DNA of 63,794 nucleotides, the filler included, from Octopus bimaculoides (Eukaryota), in assembly GCF_001194135.2 (NCBI RefSeq). It is 6 parts of 5 records of this genome, joined end to end, with 100 filler letters (N's around TTAATTAATTAA, not from the genome) between each part and the next. Parts side by side here need not be neighbours in the genome. Positions count along the whole stretch, not along the records: positions 1 to 7,912 come from NC_068994.1; positions 8,013 to 16,424 come from NW_026385671.1; 4 more parts are not named here. One strand, written 5' to 3'. The translations under genes were made by a program, and so were the position numbers. The notes below the pieces were generated by a model. It was not told the origin of the DNA. It searched no databases and was given only the letters and a program-made list of their open reading frames with translations. Of the stretch, positions 1 to 14,000 are shown piece after piece (position 1 is the first letter of the stretch; each line of letters begins with the position of its first letter).

Positions 1-2
1 TA

Positions 3-80
<78 letters not shown>
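1..80. repeat. (TATC)n microsatellite
   Basis: Perfect TATC tandem run from the window start. Confidence 0.97.
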
Positions 81-81
<1 letters not shown>

Positions 82-282
82 ACACATATTTGTGTGTGTG
101 TATATATATGCATGTTGGTTTGTTTACATAGAGATATACTATTTCAAAACTTCCTCTATATCTCAGTATTGTTACACTCGTGTTTGCATGCAGTCGGTCT
201 GTATGTGTGCGCATGAGGACAACTGTATTCCTGTGCCTGTCTCCTGTGCGCATTGATCAGATGTGTTAATATGGCGAGGTAG

Positions 283-362
283 ATGAATGAATGAATGAAT
301 GAATGAATGGATGGATGGATGGATGGGTGGTTGGATGGACGGACAGACGGACGGATGGATGG
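283..362. repeat. Compound (ATGA)n/(ATGG)n/(ACGG)n tetranucleotide microsatellite
   Basis: TGAA units grade into TGGA and CGGA units. Confidence 0.9.
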
Positions 363-605
363 CGTATTGGTTCGCGTGCGCGTTCTCCTGCATGAGAATG
401 CGTTTCTCTCGCAACTGTTGCTAACGTTTGTGATCTGTAGCTGGCGTGCATGTTGGAATCTACCGTTGCTTGCCGGTTGGAACCCACGCTGTGAACCATT
501 CAATTTCTGTGTTCCTCACCAAAATTAAAGCCCATTTCAACATGGTTTCACAATAGCGCTAGATGAGATGAAAATATATAAACATATAAAATTATATATC
601 AGAAG

Positions 606-642
606 TAATAATAATAATAATGATAATAATAATGATAATAAC

Positions 643-694
<52 letters not shown>

Positions 695-722
695 TTAGTA
701 ATAATAATAATAATAATAATAA
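606..722. repeat. (AAT)n microsatellite
   Basis: Direct reading; explains the poly-N ORF 568..801. Confidence 0.97.
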
Positions 723-829
723 AGAACTTTTAGATATTTTGGAAGGATGTCAAAGAGAAAGAGTAAATGGAGTATCGTTGAATGAAGGAAGGAAGAAATG
801 AAGGTGGGACAGAGATGCGAAGGAATGAC

Positions 830-840
830 TGTGAGAAAGT

Positions 841-891
<51 letters not shown>

Positions 892-1118
892 GAGAGAGAG
901 GGAGAAAGAAGGTAGTTCGTGTGTTTGTGAAAGTGAGGTAGACATCGAGAGTGTAAACGTGTGTATGTTTGTGTGTGTATGTGTGTGTGTGTGCGTGTGA
1001 GATAGAGAGAGAGAGGAAGGGGCGGAGAGAGAGGTGGTGAATAGAGAAAACATCAAAATAAAGACAGTTTAAGATTGTAACAGAAATAATGAACCAATGA
1101 ACGAAAACGAGTGGTTAA

Positions 1119-1156
<38 letters not shown>

Positions 1157-2034
1157 AGGAGAGATATAGGGAAAGATACAAAGAGAGGGCGGGAGTCAGA
1201 GAAAGAAACAGAGTGTGAGAGAGTCAAAGAGACAAGCAAACAGAGGGAGAGAAGGTGCGTGAAGGAGAGTGAGTGATAGATAAATATATATATANNNNNN
1301 NNNNNNNNNNNNNNNNNNNNNNNNNNNNNNNNNNNNNNNNNNNNNNNNNNNNNNNNNNNNNNNNNNNNNNNNNNNNNNNNNNNNNNNNNNNNNNNNNNNN
1401 NNNNNNNNNNNNNNNNNNNNNNNNNNNNNNNNNNNNNNNNNNNNNNNNNNNNNNNNNNNNNNNNNNNNNNNNNNNNNNNNNNNNNNNNNNNNNNNNNNNN
1501 NNNNNNNNNNNNNNNNNNNNNNNNNNNNNNNNNNNNNNNNNNNNNNNNNNNNNNNNNNNNNNNNNNNNNNNNNNNNNNNNNNNNNNNNNNNNNNNNNNNN
1601 NNNNNNNNNNNNNNNNNNNNNNNNNNNNNNNNNNNNNNNNNNNNNNNNNNNNNNNNNNNNNNNNNNNNNNNNNNNNNNNNNNNNNNNNNNNNNNNNNNNN
1701 NNNNNNNNNNNNNNNNNNNNNNNNNNNNNNNNNNNNNNNNNNNNNNNNNNNNNNNNNNNNNNNNNNNNNNNNNNNNNNNNNNNNNNNNNNNNNNNNNNNN
1801 NNNNNNNNNNNNNNNNNNNNNNNNNNNNNNNNNNNNNNNNNNNNNNNNNNNNNNNNNNNNNNNNNNNNNNNNNNNNNNNNNNNNNNNNNNNNNNNNNNNN
1901 NNNNNNNNNNNNNNNNNNNNNNNNNNNNNNNNNNNNNNNNNNNNNNNNNNNNNNNNNNNNNNNNNNNNNNNNNNNNNNNNNNNNNNNNNNNNNNNNNNNN
2001 NNNNNNNNNNNNNNNNNNNNNNNNNNNNNNNNNN

Positions 2035-2099
<65 letters not shown>

Positions 2100-2242
2100 T
2101 GTTCAGTTATAAACACGTACAACATATACGCACTCATCTAGAAGTACAGTGAAAAAACCGCGCGTATAAGGAGACATAGAATGACGAGAGAGAAAGAGAA
2201 AGAGAAAGAGATAGAGATGGAATGGGAGAGAAAAGAAAGAAT

Positions 2243-2320
<78 letters not shown>
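830..2320. repeat. (GT)n/(GA)n dinucleotide tracts around an assembly gap (N 1295-2034)
   Basis: Direct reading. Confidence 0.9.
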
Positions 2321-2322
<2 letters not shown>

Positions 2323-2601
2323 TAGGGATAGAGTGAAGATGAAGGAGAAATGCATAAGAAATGCAGATGGAATGAAAAGGTGTGTGAAGAATGTGAAAGC
2401 TTGTTGAATGCTATTGAAAGTTTTTAAAATACAGTTGCACGTTACCGTTGTGGAATTGATAGGAACGGAAGCGCATATAAACACATACACACATACATAT
2501 CTACATATACATGCGTGCACACAGATGTACATATATAGAAGTGTATGTATTTTCATAGATACACATACACGCATAAATGTATATACGGATATATGCGTAT
2601 A

Positions 2602-3040
2602 TACGTGATTTGATCAATAATTATCCGGACTGTTGCCAAACTGACGAAGCTAAAGAATGGAGAGTGAAACCGCTTGGCACAGATTGACCATAATCCCTGT
2701 TGCGCATGCGCTCTAAGTGTCAACGTTCTAGTTCACTTCCGCTGTTTACAGCAGTGTTTCGAAGGAAGGTGTGTAGCGAGTGATCATTGCATTAAAAATA
2801 ACAACATGGTTCAGCAGAGAATTTGCACCTAAGTTTTGCCAAAAGCTTGGCGATAACTATTTAGAGGCCTACGCAAAAGTTTTGAAAAAGTTTTCATCGT
2901 TCTCGACACAATGAAGGAGATCTTGTGCAACTGAAGCCAGAGTGTCTGTTGAAAGCAGTTTTGGCACAAACTTGGCAGACACGCCTCTCATACCCAAATC
3001 TTTAGTGACAATGAACTGAACTGAACCTTACCTAATCTGT
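2602..3040 (+). mobile_element. 5' part of a non-autonomous mariner-derived element
   Basis: Starts TACGTGATTTGATCAATAATTATCCGGACTG (mariner TIR-like). Decayed N-terminal HTH remnant MVQQRIC.(K)FCQKLGD..LEAYAK. No matching 3' TIR seen. Confidence 0.6.
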
Positions 3041-3139
3041 ACATCTTCTGATAACTTATGGATGGGGATTCGACAATTTCTCCTCAATCCTGCACCTCCT
3101 CCTCCTCCTAGTTGCCTAGTTGTTTGGATTCTAGTTGGA

Positions 3140-3268
3140 TTCATTTTATCGACCCCTAAAAGGATGAAAGGCAACATCGACATCAGCGGAATTTGAACAC
3201 AGGAAGTAAAGACGGACGAAATGTCTGTAAGTATTTTCTCCGGCGTGCTGCCAATTCTGCCAGCCCGA
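3140..3268 (-). mobile_element. tRNA-derived SINE fragment (family B in this annotation)
   Basis: Reverse complement reads ctggcagaattggcagc...gtgttcaaattccgc...gcctttcatcctttt.ggggtcgataaaat, matching copies at 17747, 34111, 41066, 46635 and 60850. Confidence 0.75.
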
Positions 3269-3450
3269 TAATGTAAACTAGTTTCAGATTTTAGCAAAAA
3301 TCTAGTAATTTTATGGCGAGGGGTTTTGTCGATTTTATCCACGCAATGTTTGACTGGAAATTCGGATTTATGGCCACTTGTGGCTTTGGCAAATGTTGAA
3401 CTCAGAACATACAGAGTCTGAACAAATAACGCATATTATATTTAAAATAT

Positions 3451-3705
3451 AAATAAATGCGCCCTTTTAAAGCCTAGCCAGGCTCATGGGCCCGGTTTCC
3501 CGGTTTCAATGGCGTATGCGTTCCCCAGCTGGACGGGATGCCAGTCCATCGCAGCGTGACTCATTTTTACCAGCTGAGTGGACTGGAGCAACGTGAAATG
3601 AAGTGTTTTGCTCAAGAACACAACGCGTCGACCGGTCCAAGAATCGAAACTACAATCTTACGATCATGGTGCTGACACTCTAACCATTAGGCCACGCGCC
3701 TCCAC
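3451..3705 (-). mobile_element. tRNA-derived SINE, near full length (family A)
   Basis: Minus strand has A box TGGCCTAATGG and B box GTTTCGATTC, then a CORE-like body and a tail; second copy at 17391-17625. Confidence 0.88.
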
Positions 3706-3721
3706 ATATTATATTTAGTGC

Positions 3722-3870
3722 TATGCTAATGACGATAGTGATGGTGATGATGATGACGACGGCTTCAACAAAGACGCTGATCTTGAAAATGATGACGATG
3801 ATGGTGGTGGTCGCGGTTGGTGGTGATGGTGGTGGTTATGATGATGATGTTGATGACGACAATGATGATG
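3722..3870. repeat. (ATG)n/(GTG)n degenerate trinucleotide repeat
   Basis: Direct reading. Confidence 0.85.
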
Positions 3871-3982
3871 AAGAAGGTAAAGCGACGAGCAGATGTAAAT
3901 TGCAGACAGAAGCGAATATCTGTAAGAAGAGACAATGAGCGAAGGTACGATTATCTGAAGAGAAGCAGCAAAAGTTAACGAG

Positions 3983-3985
<3 letters not shown>

Positions 3986-4037
<52 letters not shown>

Positions 4038-4247
4038 GCAGAAGGACAGAGAAACTTACGGCAGAAGGTAATATGGAAGGAAAGGTGTGACTGTGGGGAG
4101 TACGAGATGATTAATGAGTAATAACAGCGAAGAAAAGAGAGATCGAATCAGATATACAGGTAGGATGATTAGAAATAGAAGTAGGGAAGGAGGAAAGGGG
4201 AGAACGAAGAGTAGAGGGATGAGGAGGGTGAGGATAAAGGCAACAAG

Positions 4248-4278
<31 letters not shown>

Positions 4279-4474
4279 GATAGATAGATAGATATAGAGA
4301 CAGACGATGACAAAGATAGAAACAGAAAGACAGAAAAGAGGAGAGTAGATTAGATAGACAGGTGATAGACAGACAGACAGACATATTTATATGTATAGGT
4401 ATTTAGGTAGATAGATAGGTAGATAAATATATATATAGATAGATAGATAAATAGATAGACAGATAGATAGATAA

Positions 4475-4512
<38 letters not shown>

Positions 4513-4593
4513 TGACAGGTAGACACAGACACCGATAGATCGATACTTTGCTAAATACACAGGTGTATGTGTGTGTGTGTGTGTGTGTGTAGG

Positions 4594-4636
<43 letters not shown>

Positions 4637-4766
4637 GAGAGAGACAGAGTGAGAGAGAGTGAAATTTAGAGACAGAGACAGAGAAAGAAAGAGAGGGAGA
4701 AAAACAGGTAGTTAATATAGATAAATAGATGCAGATATAAACAGATAGATAGAGACATGGATGTAT

Positions 4767-4803
<37 letters not shown>

Positions 4804-4995
4804 AGTAAAAATAAATACAAAAAAAGGTGGATTTTTTTGTATGATTGTGTATAGAGGAATATATTATTTTGCTTAAAAGAGTTCCAACACTGTCTGTTTT
4901 TTATGTTTTATTTATATTCCTGCAGAACTAATGTGGGGTATAGAATATGGAATATACAATATATAATATAATATACAATATATAATATAAAATAA

Positions 4996-5078
<83 letters not shown>

Positions 5079-5516
5079 AGGACTCCGATGTAAAGAAAGG
5101 TTGAAGTAGAAGTTAGCAAAGAAAGACAACATAGAGACAAAAAAGGAACAGAATAAATGGAAATTTGTGAGAAGAACGAAGAAATATGTAAAGATATAGA
5201 GAGATGGGGAGAGAGATAGTGGGAGGCAGTAGTGACGGATAATGATGATGGAGATAGTGGTAGTTCTCGTAATATTGGTAGTGGTGGTAGTGGTGGTAGT
5301 GGAGAGGAGGCAGTAGTAGTAGTGGTGGCGGCGGTGGCGTTAATAAGAGTAGGAGTTAGGTGACAGTGAGAGGGCGACACTATAATGATTTACAAATCAC
5401 CGGCTGAGTGATACGAGAGAATGAAATATATAGACAGGTAAGGAGAGAGAATGTTAGGTGTCTGGATGGAGGGAGACACACACAGGTAGCCAGACTTATA
5501 TATGCGTATGTATGTA

Positions 5517-5608
<92 letters not shown>

Positions 5609-5678
5609 TGTGTGTGTATGTGTGTATGTATTTATATATATAATATATATATATAAAGAGGAAGAGGGAAAGACAGAG

Positions 5679-5743
<65 letters not shown>

Positions 5744-6158
5744 CAGATAGACAGACAGCTAGATTGAATGTGAAATAATCAGAAATGTAGATAGAAATGA
5801 GAGATAAACAGAATATTAAATACTTTGATGTATAGCAGAGGCAGGTAGAAAGATTAGATAGCTACATAGATAAAAAGATAGATAGAAAGATAGATAGAGA
5901 GATAGATAGATAGAGACACATAGACAGATACGTGGATAGATAGACAGGGACACACAGAGAGGCAGACAGACAGATTGGTAGATAAGTAGAAAGATAGATA
6001 GACAGAGAATGTGTTTTGGGGAGGCGTAATGGTATCAAAGTCATAAAATTTGGTGAAATTTATAAGGAGACACAAAATCGGTAATACACAAAGGACGAAA
6101 AGTAAGACGACATGGACAAATGGGAAATGAAACGGTTTAAGAAGAGAGGATGGTAGGA

Positions 6159-6193
<35 letters not shown>

Positions 6194-6500
6194 GAGAGAG
6201 AGGGGGAGAGAGAGAGAGACAGAGAGAGAGAGACAGAGAGACACAGACAGAGGGACAGACAGACAGACAGATAGACAGGCAGACAGAAACAGACAGACAG
6301 ACAGAAACAGACGGACAGAATGACAGAAAGAGACAGACAGACAGAGAGGCAGACAGATGGAGAAAGACAGAGAGACACAGAGTCGAAGACGTACAGACAG
6401 AGAGGGAAGTGGGGTATGAAAGAGAGAGAGAAAGAGAGTTGAGAGGAGGAGCAGAGAGAATATGAAAGAAAGAGCGATAGAAAGTGAAGAGACGGAATTG
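3986..6500. repeat. Purine-rich low-complexity tract of (GA)n, (GATA)n, (TA)n, (GT)n, (GTG/GTA)n and (GACA)n
   Basis: Direct reading; all ORFs here are YLSI/SLSL/VCVC repeats. Confidence 0.9.
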
Positions 6501-6742
6501 GTGAGGTGAATGCGGGATGTGAAGATAGAGGGAAGAAAATATTAAAAGATTGAGAAAATAAAAGACGAGACAGTCTGAAGCTGTAGTAATCGGTAAGAGA
6601 AAGGATTGTTGCTATGGTTTGCTACTGGCTTCTAGACCGGTACCGGTATGCAGTATGCCATCATGCATTCATACATACATACATACCGCGGCATGCACGC
6701 TTATATACATATATATATATGTATATATATATCTATATATAT

Positions 6743-6791
<49 letters not shown>

Positions 6792-7849
6792 NNNNNNNNN
6801 NNNNNNNNNNNNNNNNNNNNNNNNNNNNNNNNNNNNNNNNNNNNNNNNNNNNNNNNNNNNNNNNNNNNNNNNNNNNNNNNNNNNNNNNNNNNNNNNNNNN
6901 NNNNNNNNNNNNNNNNNNNNNNNNNNNNNNNNNNNNNNNNNNNNNNNNNNNNNNNNNNNNNNNNNNNNNNNNNNNNNNNNNNNNNNNNNNNNNNNNNNNN
7001 NNNNNNNNNNNNNNNNNNNNNNNNNNNNNNNNNNNNNNNNNNNNNNNNNNNNNNNNNNNNNNNNNNNNNNNNNNNNNNNNNNNNNNNNNNNNNNNNNNNN
7101 NNNNNNNNNNNNNNNNNNNNNNNNNNNNNNNNNNNNNNNNNNNNNNNNNNNNNNNNNATATATATATATGTATATATGCATATGTGGGCACAGGACGTCA
7201 TGAAACTTGTACAACAAAAAATACGTAGTCCGAGTACATAGAATATGAACTATTTTTTCGAACAACGAATGACTCAAATGGAAAACAAAACAAACATAAA
7301 GAACGACCCTTCATCAGTTGTTGGCTGTTTTTCTACTGTCGTATTTCGAGCATATATATATATATATATATACATACACATATGAATATGTATATATATA
7401 TATATAAATATATATGTAAGTATATAAATATGTGTAATATATATGTACTCATATTCTTAAGCATAAATACATATGTAGGTAGGCATTGGGGAGGTGTGTG
7501 TGTATATGCATATGTGTATGTGCGTGTGTATGTGTATCTATCTATATGCGTATATATATATATATATATATATATACAATTCATACTCTCTCTCTCACAC
7601 ACACACACGTGCGCGCACTTAGAAAAAAATGCAATTGCGCGTTCTCTGTTTGCACGTGGATGTGTGTGTGTGTGTGTATGTGTGTATTTGAAACCACAGT
7701 CGATAGGGCTTTGAGTGAGCAAGTGCAAATTAACAGACCTGTTCGACTGATTGGAAAAACTCCCTTGAGTGAATGTTGAAAAATAAGAGAAATGTGTAAT
7801 TCGGTGGCGGGCAGATCGATAGTGAGCCGGATTCATGAGCATATACACG

Positions 7850-7912
<63 letters not shown>

Positions 7913-8012
7913 NNNNNNNNNNNNNNNNNNNNNNNNNNNNNNNNNNNNNNNNNNNNTTAATTAATTAANNNNNNNNNNNNNNNNNNNNNNNNNNNNNNNN
8001 NNNNNNNNNNNN
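7913..8012. other. Artificial 100-bp scaffold linker N44-TTAATTAATTAA-N44
   Basis: Identical structure at 16425-16524, 21745-21844, 44402-44501 and 61947-62046; the 12-mer has stops in all six frames. Confidence 0.95.
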
Positions 8013-8049
8013 ATATAAATGAATATAAATAAATATATATATATATATA

Positions 8050-11000
8050 AGTTCGTTCGTTATTTCGTTCGTAAGAACGTACGTTCCTACATTCGTTCTT
8101 GTGTTCGTTTGTTCGATCTTTCGTCCGTTCTTTCGGTCGGTCGTACATACGTAATAACGTAGGTACGTTCGTTCGTTCGTTCGTACGGTCGCTCATTCCT
8201 TCATTTCGTTCCTTCCTTCGTTTGTACGTACGTACTATCGTTCGTTCGTACATACGTAGGTACGTTCATTCGCTCGTTCGTACATACGCACGTACATACT
8301 TACGAACGTACGTCCGTACGTTCGTTCGTTATTTCTTACGCTCGTTCGATCGTTCGTACGTATTTACGTACGTAAGTTCGTTCGTTGTTCATTCGTACGT
8401 AAGTACATACGTTCGTTCCTTCATTTGTACGTACGTAGGTTGGTTGTTTCGCGCGGTCTTTCGTTCATCGTATGTACGTTCGTTCTTTCGTTCGTAAGTA
8501 CGAACGTACGTTCGGTCGTTCACTCGGTCATTCGTACGTACATACATACATACGTTCCTTCTTTCGTTGGTTCATTCGTTCGTACATACGTACTTAAGTA
8601 CGTACGTATATACGTTCGTTCATTTGTACGTACGTACGTTCGTTTGTTGGTTCGCGCGATCGTTCGTTCATCGTACGTACGATCGTTCCTTCGTTCGTAA
8701 GTACGAACGTACGTTCGGTCGTTCGTAATTACGAACGCACATTCGGTCGCTGGTTCATTCGTACGTACGTACGTTCGTTCGTTCGATCGCTCGTTCGTAG
8801 GTACGGAGATATGTAGATGCTTTCGGTCGTTTATTCGTTCGTCCGTACGTACGTTCGTTCATTCGTAGGTACGTATTTACGTACGTATGTACATTCGTTC
8901 CTTCGATCGTTCGTTCGTACGCACCTATCTACGTACGTTCGTTCCCTAGTACCTTCGATCGTTCGTTCTTTCGATCGTTCGGTCGTTCGTACATACGTAC
9001 GTTCGTAGTTTCGTTCGTACTTACGTGCGTAGATACAAAAAAAACGAACAAAGAACGAACGAACGTAAGAAATAACGAACGAACTTACGTAAGAAATAAC
9101 GAACGAGCTTACGTACGTAAATACGTACGAACGAACGTAAGATATAATGAATGAACTTACGTAAGAAATAACGTACGTAGGGACGTAAAAAACGAACAAC
9201 GAACGAACTTACGTACGTAAATACGTACGAACGTAAGAAATAACGAACAAACGTACGTAGGTACGTAAAAAACGAACAACGAACGAACTTACGTACATAA
9301 ATACGTACGAACGAACGAAAGTAAGTACGTACGAATCTACGAACGTATGAACGAAACTACGAACGTACGTATGTACGAACGAACGGACGACCGATCGATC
9401 GAAAGAACGAACGAACGATCGTACGTACGTACATATGAAAGAACGAGCGAAGGAACTAGGGAAAGAACGAACGTACGTAGATACGTGCGTACGAACGAAC
9501 GATCGAAGGAACGAATGTACGTACGTAAGTAAATACGTACCTAAGTACTTACGTACGAATGAACGAACGTACGGACGAACGAATAAACGAACGTACGTAC
9601 GGACGAACGAAAGCATCTACATACCTACGAACGAGGGATCGAACGAACGAACATCAGTACGTACGCACGTACGTATGAACGAACGACAGAACGTACGTTC
9701 GTAATTACGAACGACCGAAAGTACGTTCGTACTTACGAACGAAGGAACGAACGTACGTACGTACGAATGAACGAACGAACTAACGAACGAATGAAAGATC
9801 GAACGAACGAAAGAACGAACATACGTAGGTACGAACAACGAACGAACTTACGTACGTAAATAAGTACGAACGAACGTAAGAAATAACGAACGAACTTACG
9901 TAAGAAATAACGAACGAATGTACGTAGGTACGTAAAAAACGAACAACGAACGAATTTACGTAAGTAAATACGTAAGAACGTAAGATATAACGAACGAACT
10001 TACGTAAGAAATAACGAACGAATGTACGTAGGTACACGAACAACGAACGAACTTACGTACGTAAATACGTACGAATGAATGTAAGAAATAACGAACGAAC
10101 ATAAGTACGTACGAATCTACGAACGTCCGAACGATCGAAAGAATGAACGTACGTACGAACTAACGATCGCACGTACGTACATACGAAAGAACGAGCGAAA
10201 GAACTAGGGAACGAACGTACGTACATAGATACGTGCGTACGAACGAAATATCGAAGGAACGAATGTACGAACGAACTACTGAAAAAAATGAAAGACCGAA
10301 CGAACGGACGTAGGTACGAAAAAAAGGAACAACGAACGAACTTACGTACGTAAATACGTACGAACGAACGTAAGTACGTACCAAACTACGAACGTAGGTA
10401 CGTACAAACGAACGCCCGAACGATCGTACGTGCATACGAAAGATCGAGCGAAGTAAGTAGGGAACGAACGTACGTGCGTACGAACGAACAATCGAAGGAA
10501 CGGGTGTACGTACTACGTAAATACGTACGTAAATACGCACATAAATACGTACCTAAGTACGTACGTACGAATGAAGGTACGTACGTACGAATGAAGGTAC
10601 GTACGTACGAATGAACGTACGTACGGACGAACGAATAAACGAACGAAAGCATCTACATTCGTAATTACGTTCGTATTTACGGACGACCGACCGCGCGAAG
10701 CAACAAACGAACGAACGTACGTACGTACGAATGAACGAACGAACGTACGTACGTACGAATGAACGAACGAACTAAGGAACGAGTGAAAGATGGAACGAAC
10801 GAAAGAACGAACGTGCGTAGGAACGGAAAAAACGAACAACGAACGAACTTACGTAAGAAATAACGAACAACGAACGAACGTACGTACGTACGAACGTTCG
10901 TACATACGAACAAAGGAAGGAACGAACGTACGTACGATGAAGGAACGAACGTACGTACGATGAAGGAACGAACGTACGTACGATGAAGGAACGACCGCGC

Positions 11001-14000
11001 GAACCAACAAATAAACGTATATACATACGTTCAAATGAACGAACGTACTTAGGTACGAATGAAAGAACGAACGAACGAATGAAAGATCGAACGAACGTAC
11101 GTAGGTACGAAAAAAACGAAAAACGAACGAACTTAGGTACGTAAATACGTACAAACGAGCGTAAGAAATAACGAACGAACGTACGTAGGTAGGTAAAAAC
11201 GAACAACGAACGAACGAACGTAAGAAATAACGAACGAACTTACGTAAGAAATAACGAACGAACGTACGTAGGTACATACGAAAGATCGAGTGAAGGAAGT
11301 AGAGAACGAACGTACGTACGTATATACGTGCGTACAAACGAAGGAACGAATGTACGTACGTACGTAGATACGTACCTAAGTACGTACGTAAATACTTACG
11401 TGAGTACGTACGAATGAACGAACGTACGTACGGACGAACGAATAAACGAACGAAAGCATCTACATTCGTAATTACGTTCGTATTTACGAACGACCGAAGG
11501 AACGAACGAACGAACGTACGTACGTACGTACGATGAATGACCGACCGACCGACCGACCGACCGACCGACCGCGCGAAGCAACAAACGAATGTACGTACGT
11601 ACAAATGAACGAACGAAAGAACTAACGTACGTAGGTACGGAAAAAACGAACAACGAACGAATTTACGCANNNNNNNNNNGACCGACCGACCGACCGACCG
11701 ACCGCGCGAAGCAACAAACGAATGTACGTACGTACAAATGAACGAACGAAAGAACTAACGTACGTAGGTACGGAAAAAACGAACAACGAACGAATTTACG
11801 CACGTAAATACTTACGAACGAACGTATGAAATAACGAACGAACGTACGTAGGTACGAAAAAGACGAACAACGAACGAACTTACGTAAGAAATAACGAACG
11901 AACGTACGTAGGTACGTAAAAAACGAACAACGAACGAACTTACGTAAGAAATAAGGAACAAACGTACGTAGGTACGTAAAAAACGAACAACGAACGAACG
12001 TAAGTACGTACGAATCTACGAACGTACGAACGAACGACCGAACGAACGTACGTACGTACGAACGATCGTACGTACGTACATACGAAAGAACGAGCGAAGG
12101 AACTAGGGAACGAATGTACGAACGTAAATACGTGCGTACGAACGATTGAAGGAACGAATGAACGTACGTACGTAAATACGTACCTAAGTACGTACGTACG
12201 TACGAATGAACGAACGTACGTACGGACGAACGAATAAAGGAACGAAAGCATCTACATTCGTAAATACGAACGACCGAACGTACGTTCGTACATACAAACG
12301 TATGTACGATGAACGTACGTACGATGAACGAACGACCGCGCTAACCAACAAACGAACGAACGTACATACGTACGTACAAACGAACGAACGTACTTACGTA
12401 CGAATGAACGAACGAATGAAAGATGGAACGAACGTACGTAAGTACGAAAAAAACGAACAACGAACGAACTTACGTGCGTAAATACGTACGAACGAGCGTA
12501 AGAAATAACGAACGAACGTACGTAGGTAGGTAAAAACGAACAACGAACGAACTTACGTACGTAAATACGTACGAACGAACGTTAGAAATAACGAACGAAC
12601 GTACGTAGATACATACGAAAGATCGTCGAAGGAAGTAGAGAACGAACGTACGTACGTATATACGTGCGTACGAATGAACGATCGAAGGAACGAATGTACG
12701 TACGGACGTAGATACGTACCTAAGTACGTACGTAAATGCGTACCTGAGTACGTACGTACGTATGAACGTATGTACGGACGAACGAATAAACGAACGAAAG
12801 CATCTACATTCGTAATTACGTTCGTATTTACGAACAACCGAACGTACGTTCGTACTTACGACCGACCGACCGACCGACCGACCGAACGAACGAACGAACG
12901 AACGAACGAACGAACGAACNNNNNNNNNNNNNNNNNNNNNNNNNNNNNNNNNNNNNNNNNNNNNNNNNNNNNNNNNNNNNNNNNNNNNNNNNNNNNNNNN
13001 NNNNNNNNNNNNNCGAACGAACGAACGAACGAACGTACGTACGTACAACGACCGACCGCGCGAAGCAACAAACGAATGAAAGATGGAACGAACGAAAGAA
13101 CGAACGTACGTAGGTACGTAAAAAACGAACAACGAACGAACTTACGTACGTAAATACGTACGAATCTGCGAAACTACGAACGTACGTTTGTACGTACGTA
13201 CGTTTGTACGTACGTACGTACGAACGATCGTACGTACGTACATACGAAAGAACGAGCGAAGGAACTAGGGAACGAACGTACGTACGTAGATACGTGCGTA
13301 CGAACGAACGATTGAAGGAACGAATGTACGTACGTACGTAAATACGTACATACGTACGAATGAACGAACGTACGTACGGACGAACGAATAAAGGAACGAA
13401 AGCATCTACATTCGTAATTACGAACGACCGAACGTACGATGAACGAACGACCGCGCGAACCAACAAACAAACGAACGTACGTACGTACGATCGAACGTAC
13501 TTACGTACGAATGAACGAACGAACGAACGTACGTACGTAAATACGTACGAACGAGCGTAAGAATTAACGAACGAAATTACGTAAGAAATAACGAACGAAC
13601 GTACGTAGGTAGGTAAAAACGAACAACAAACGAACTTACGTACGTAAATACGTACGAACGAACGTAGGAAATAAAGAACGAAAGTACGTAAGAAATAACG
13701 AACGAACGTACGTAAGTACATACAAAAGGTCGAGCGAAGGAAGTAGAGAACGAACGTACGTACGTATATACGTGCGTACGAACAAACGATCGAAGGAACG
13801 AATGTACGTACGTACGTAGATACGTACCTGAGTACGTACGTACGTAGATACGTACGTACGTACATACGTACCTGAGTACGTACGTACGAATGAACGAACG
13901 TACGTACGGACGAACGAATAAACGAACGAAAGCATCTACATACCTCCGTACCTACCTACGAACGAACGATCGTACGAACGCACAAAAGAACGAACGAACA

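Noticed and set aside
1196-2137. Long X-filled ORFs here and at 6614-7277, 37895-38828, 40156-40776 and 56321-57369
   Set aside because: Artefacts of N gaps
3640-3705. tRNA-like A/B boxes here and at 17560-17625, 32341, 44535, 47672 and 52230-52294
   Set aside because: Followed by SINE bodies and tails; no complete cloverleaf or terminator, so these are SINE heads rather than tRNA genes
7300-7350. Minus-strand CGAAA...CTGATGA suggesting a hammerhead ribozyme in a Penelope-like UTR
   Set aside because: Could not build stems I-III or an NUH cleavage site; a covariance-model search (Rfam hammerhead) would be needed
7606-7658. Two CACGTG E-boxes in a short unique island
   Set aside because: One arises at a (CA)n/(GT) junction; two 6-mers are not significant without conservation data
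7957-7968. Palindromic TTAATTAATTAA recurring five times (also 16469, 21789, 44446, 61991)
   Set aside because: Always centred between exactly 44 Ns on each side (100 bp total): an artificial six-frame-stop scaffold linker, not biology
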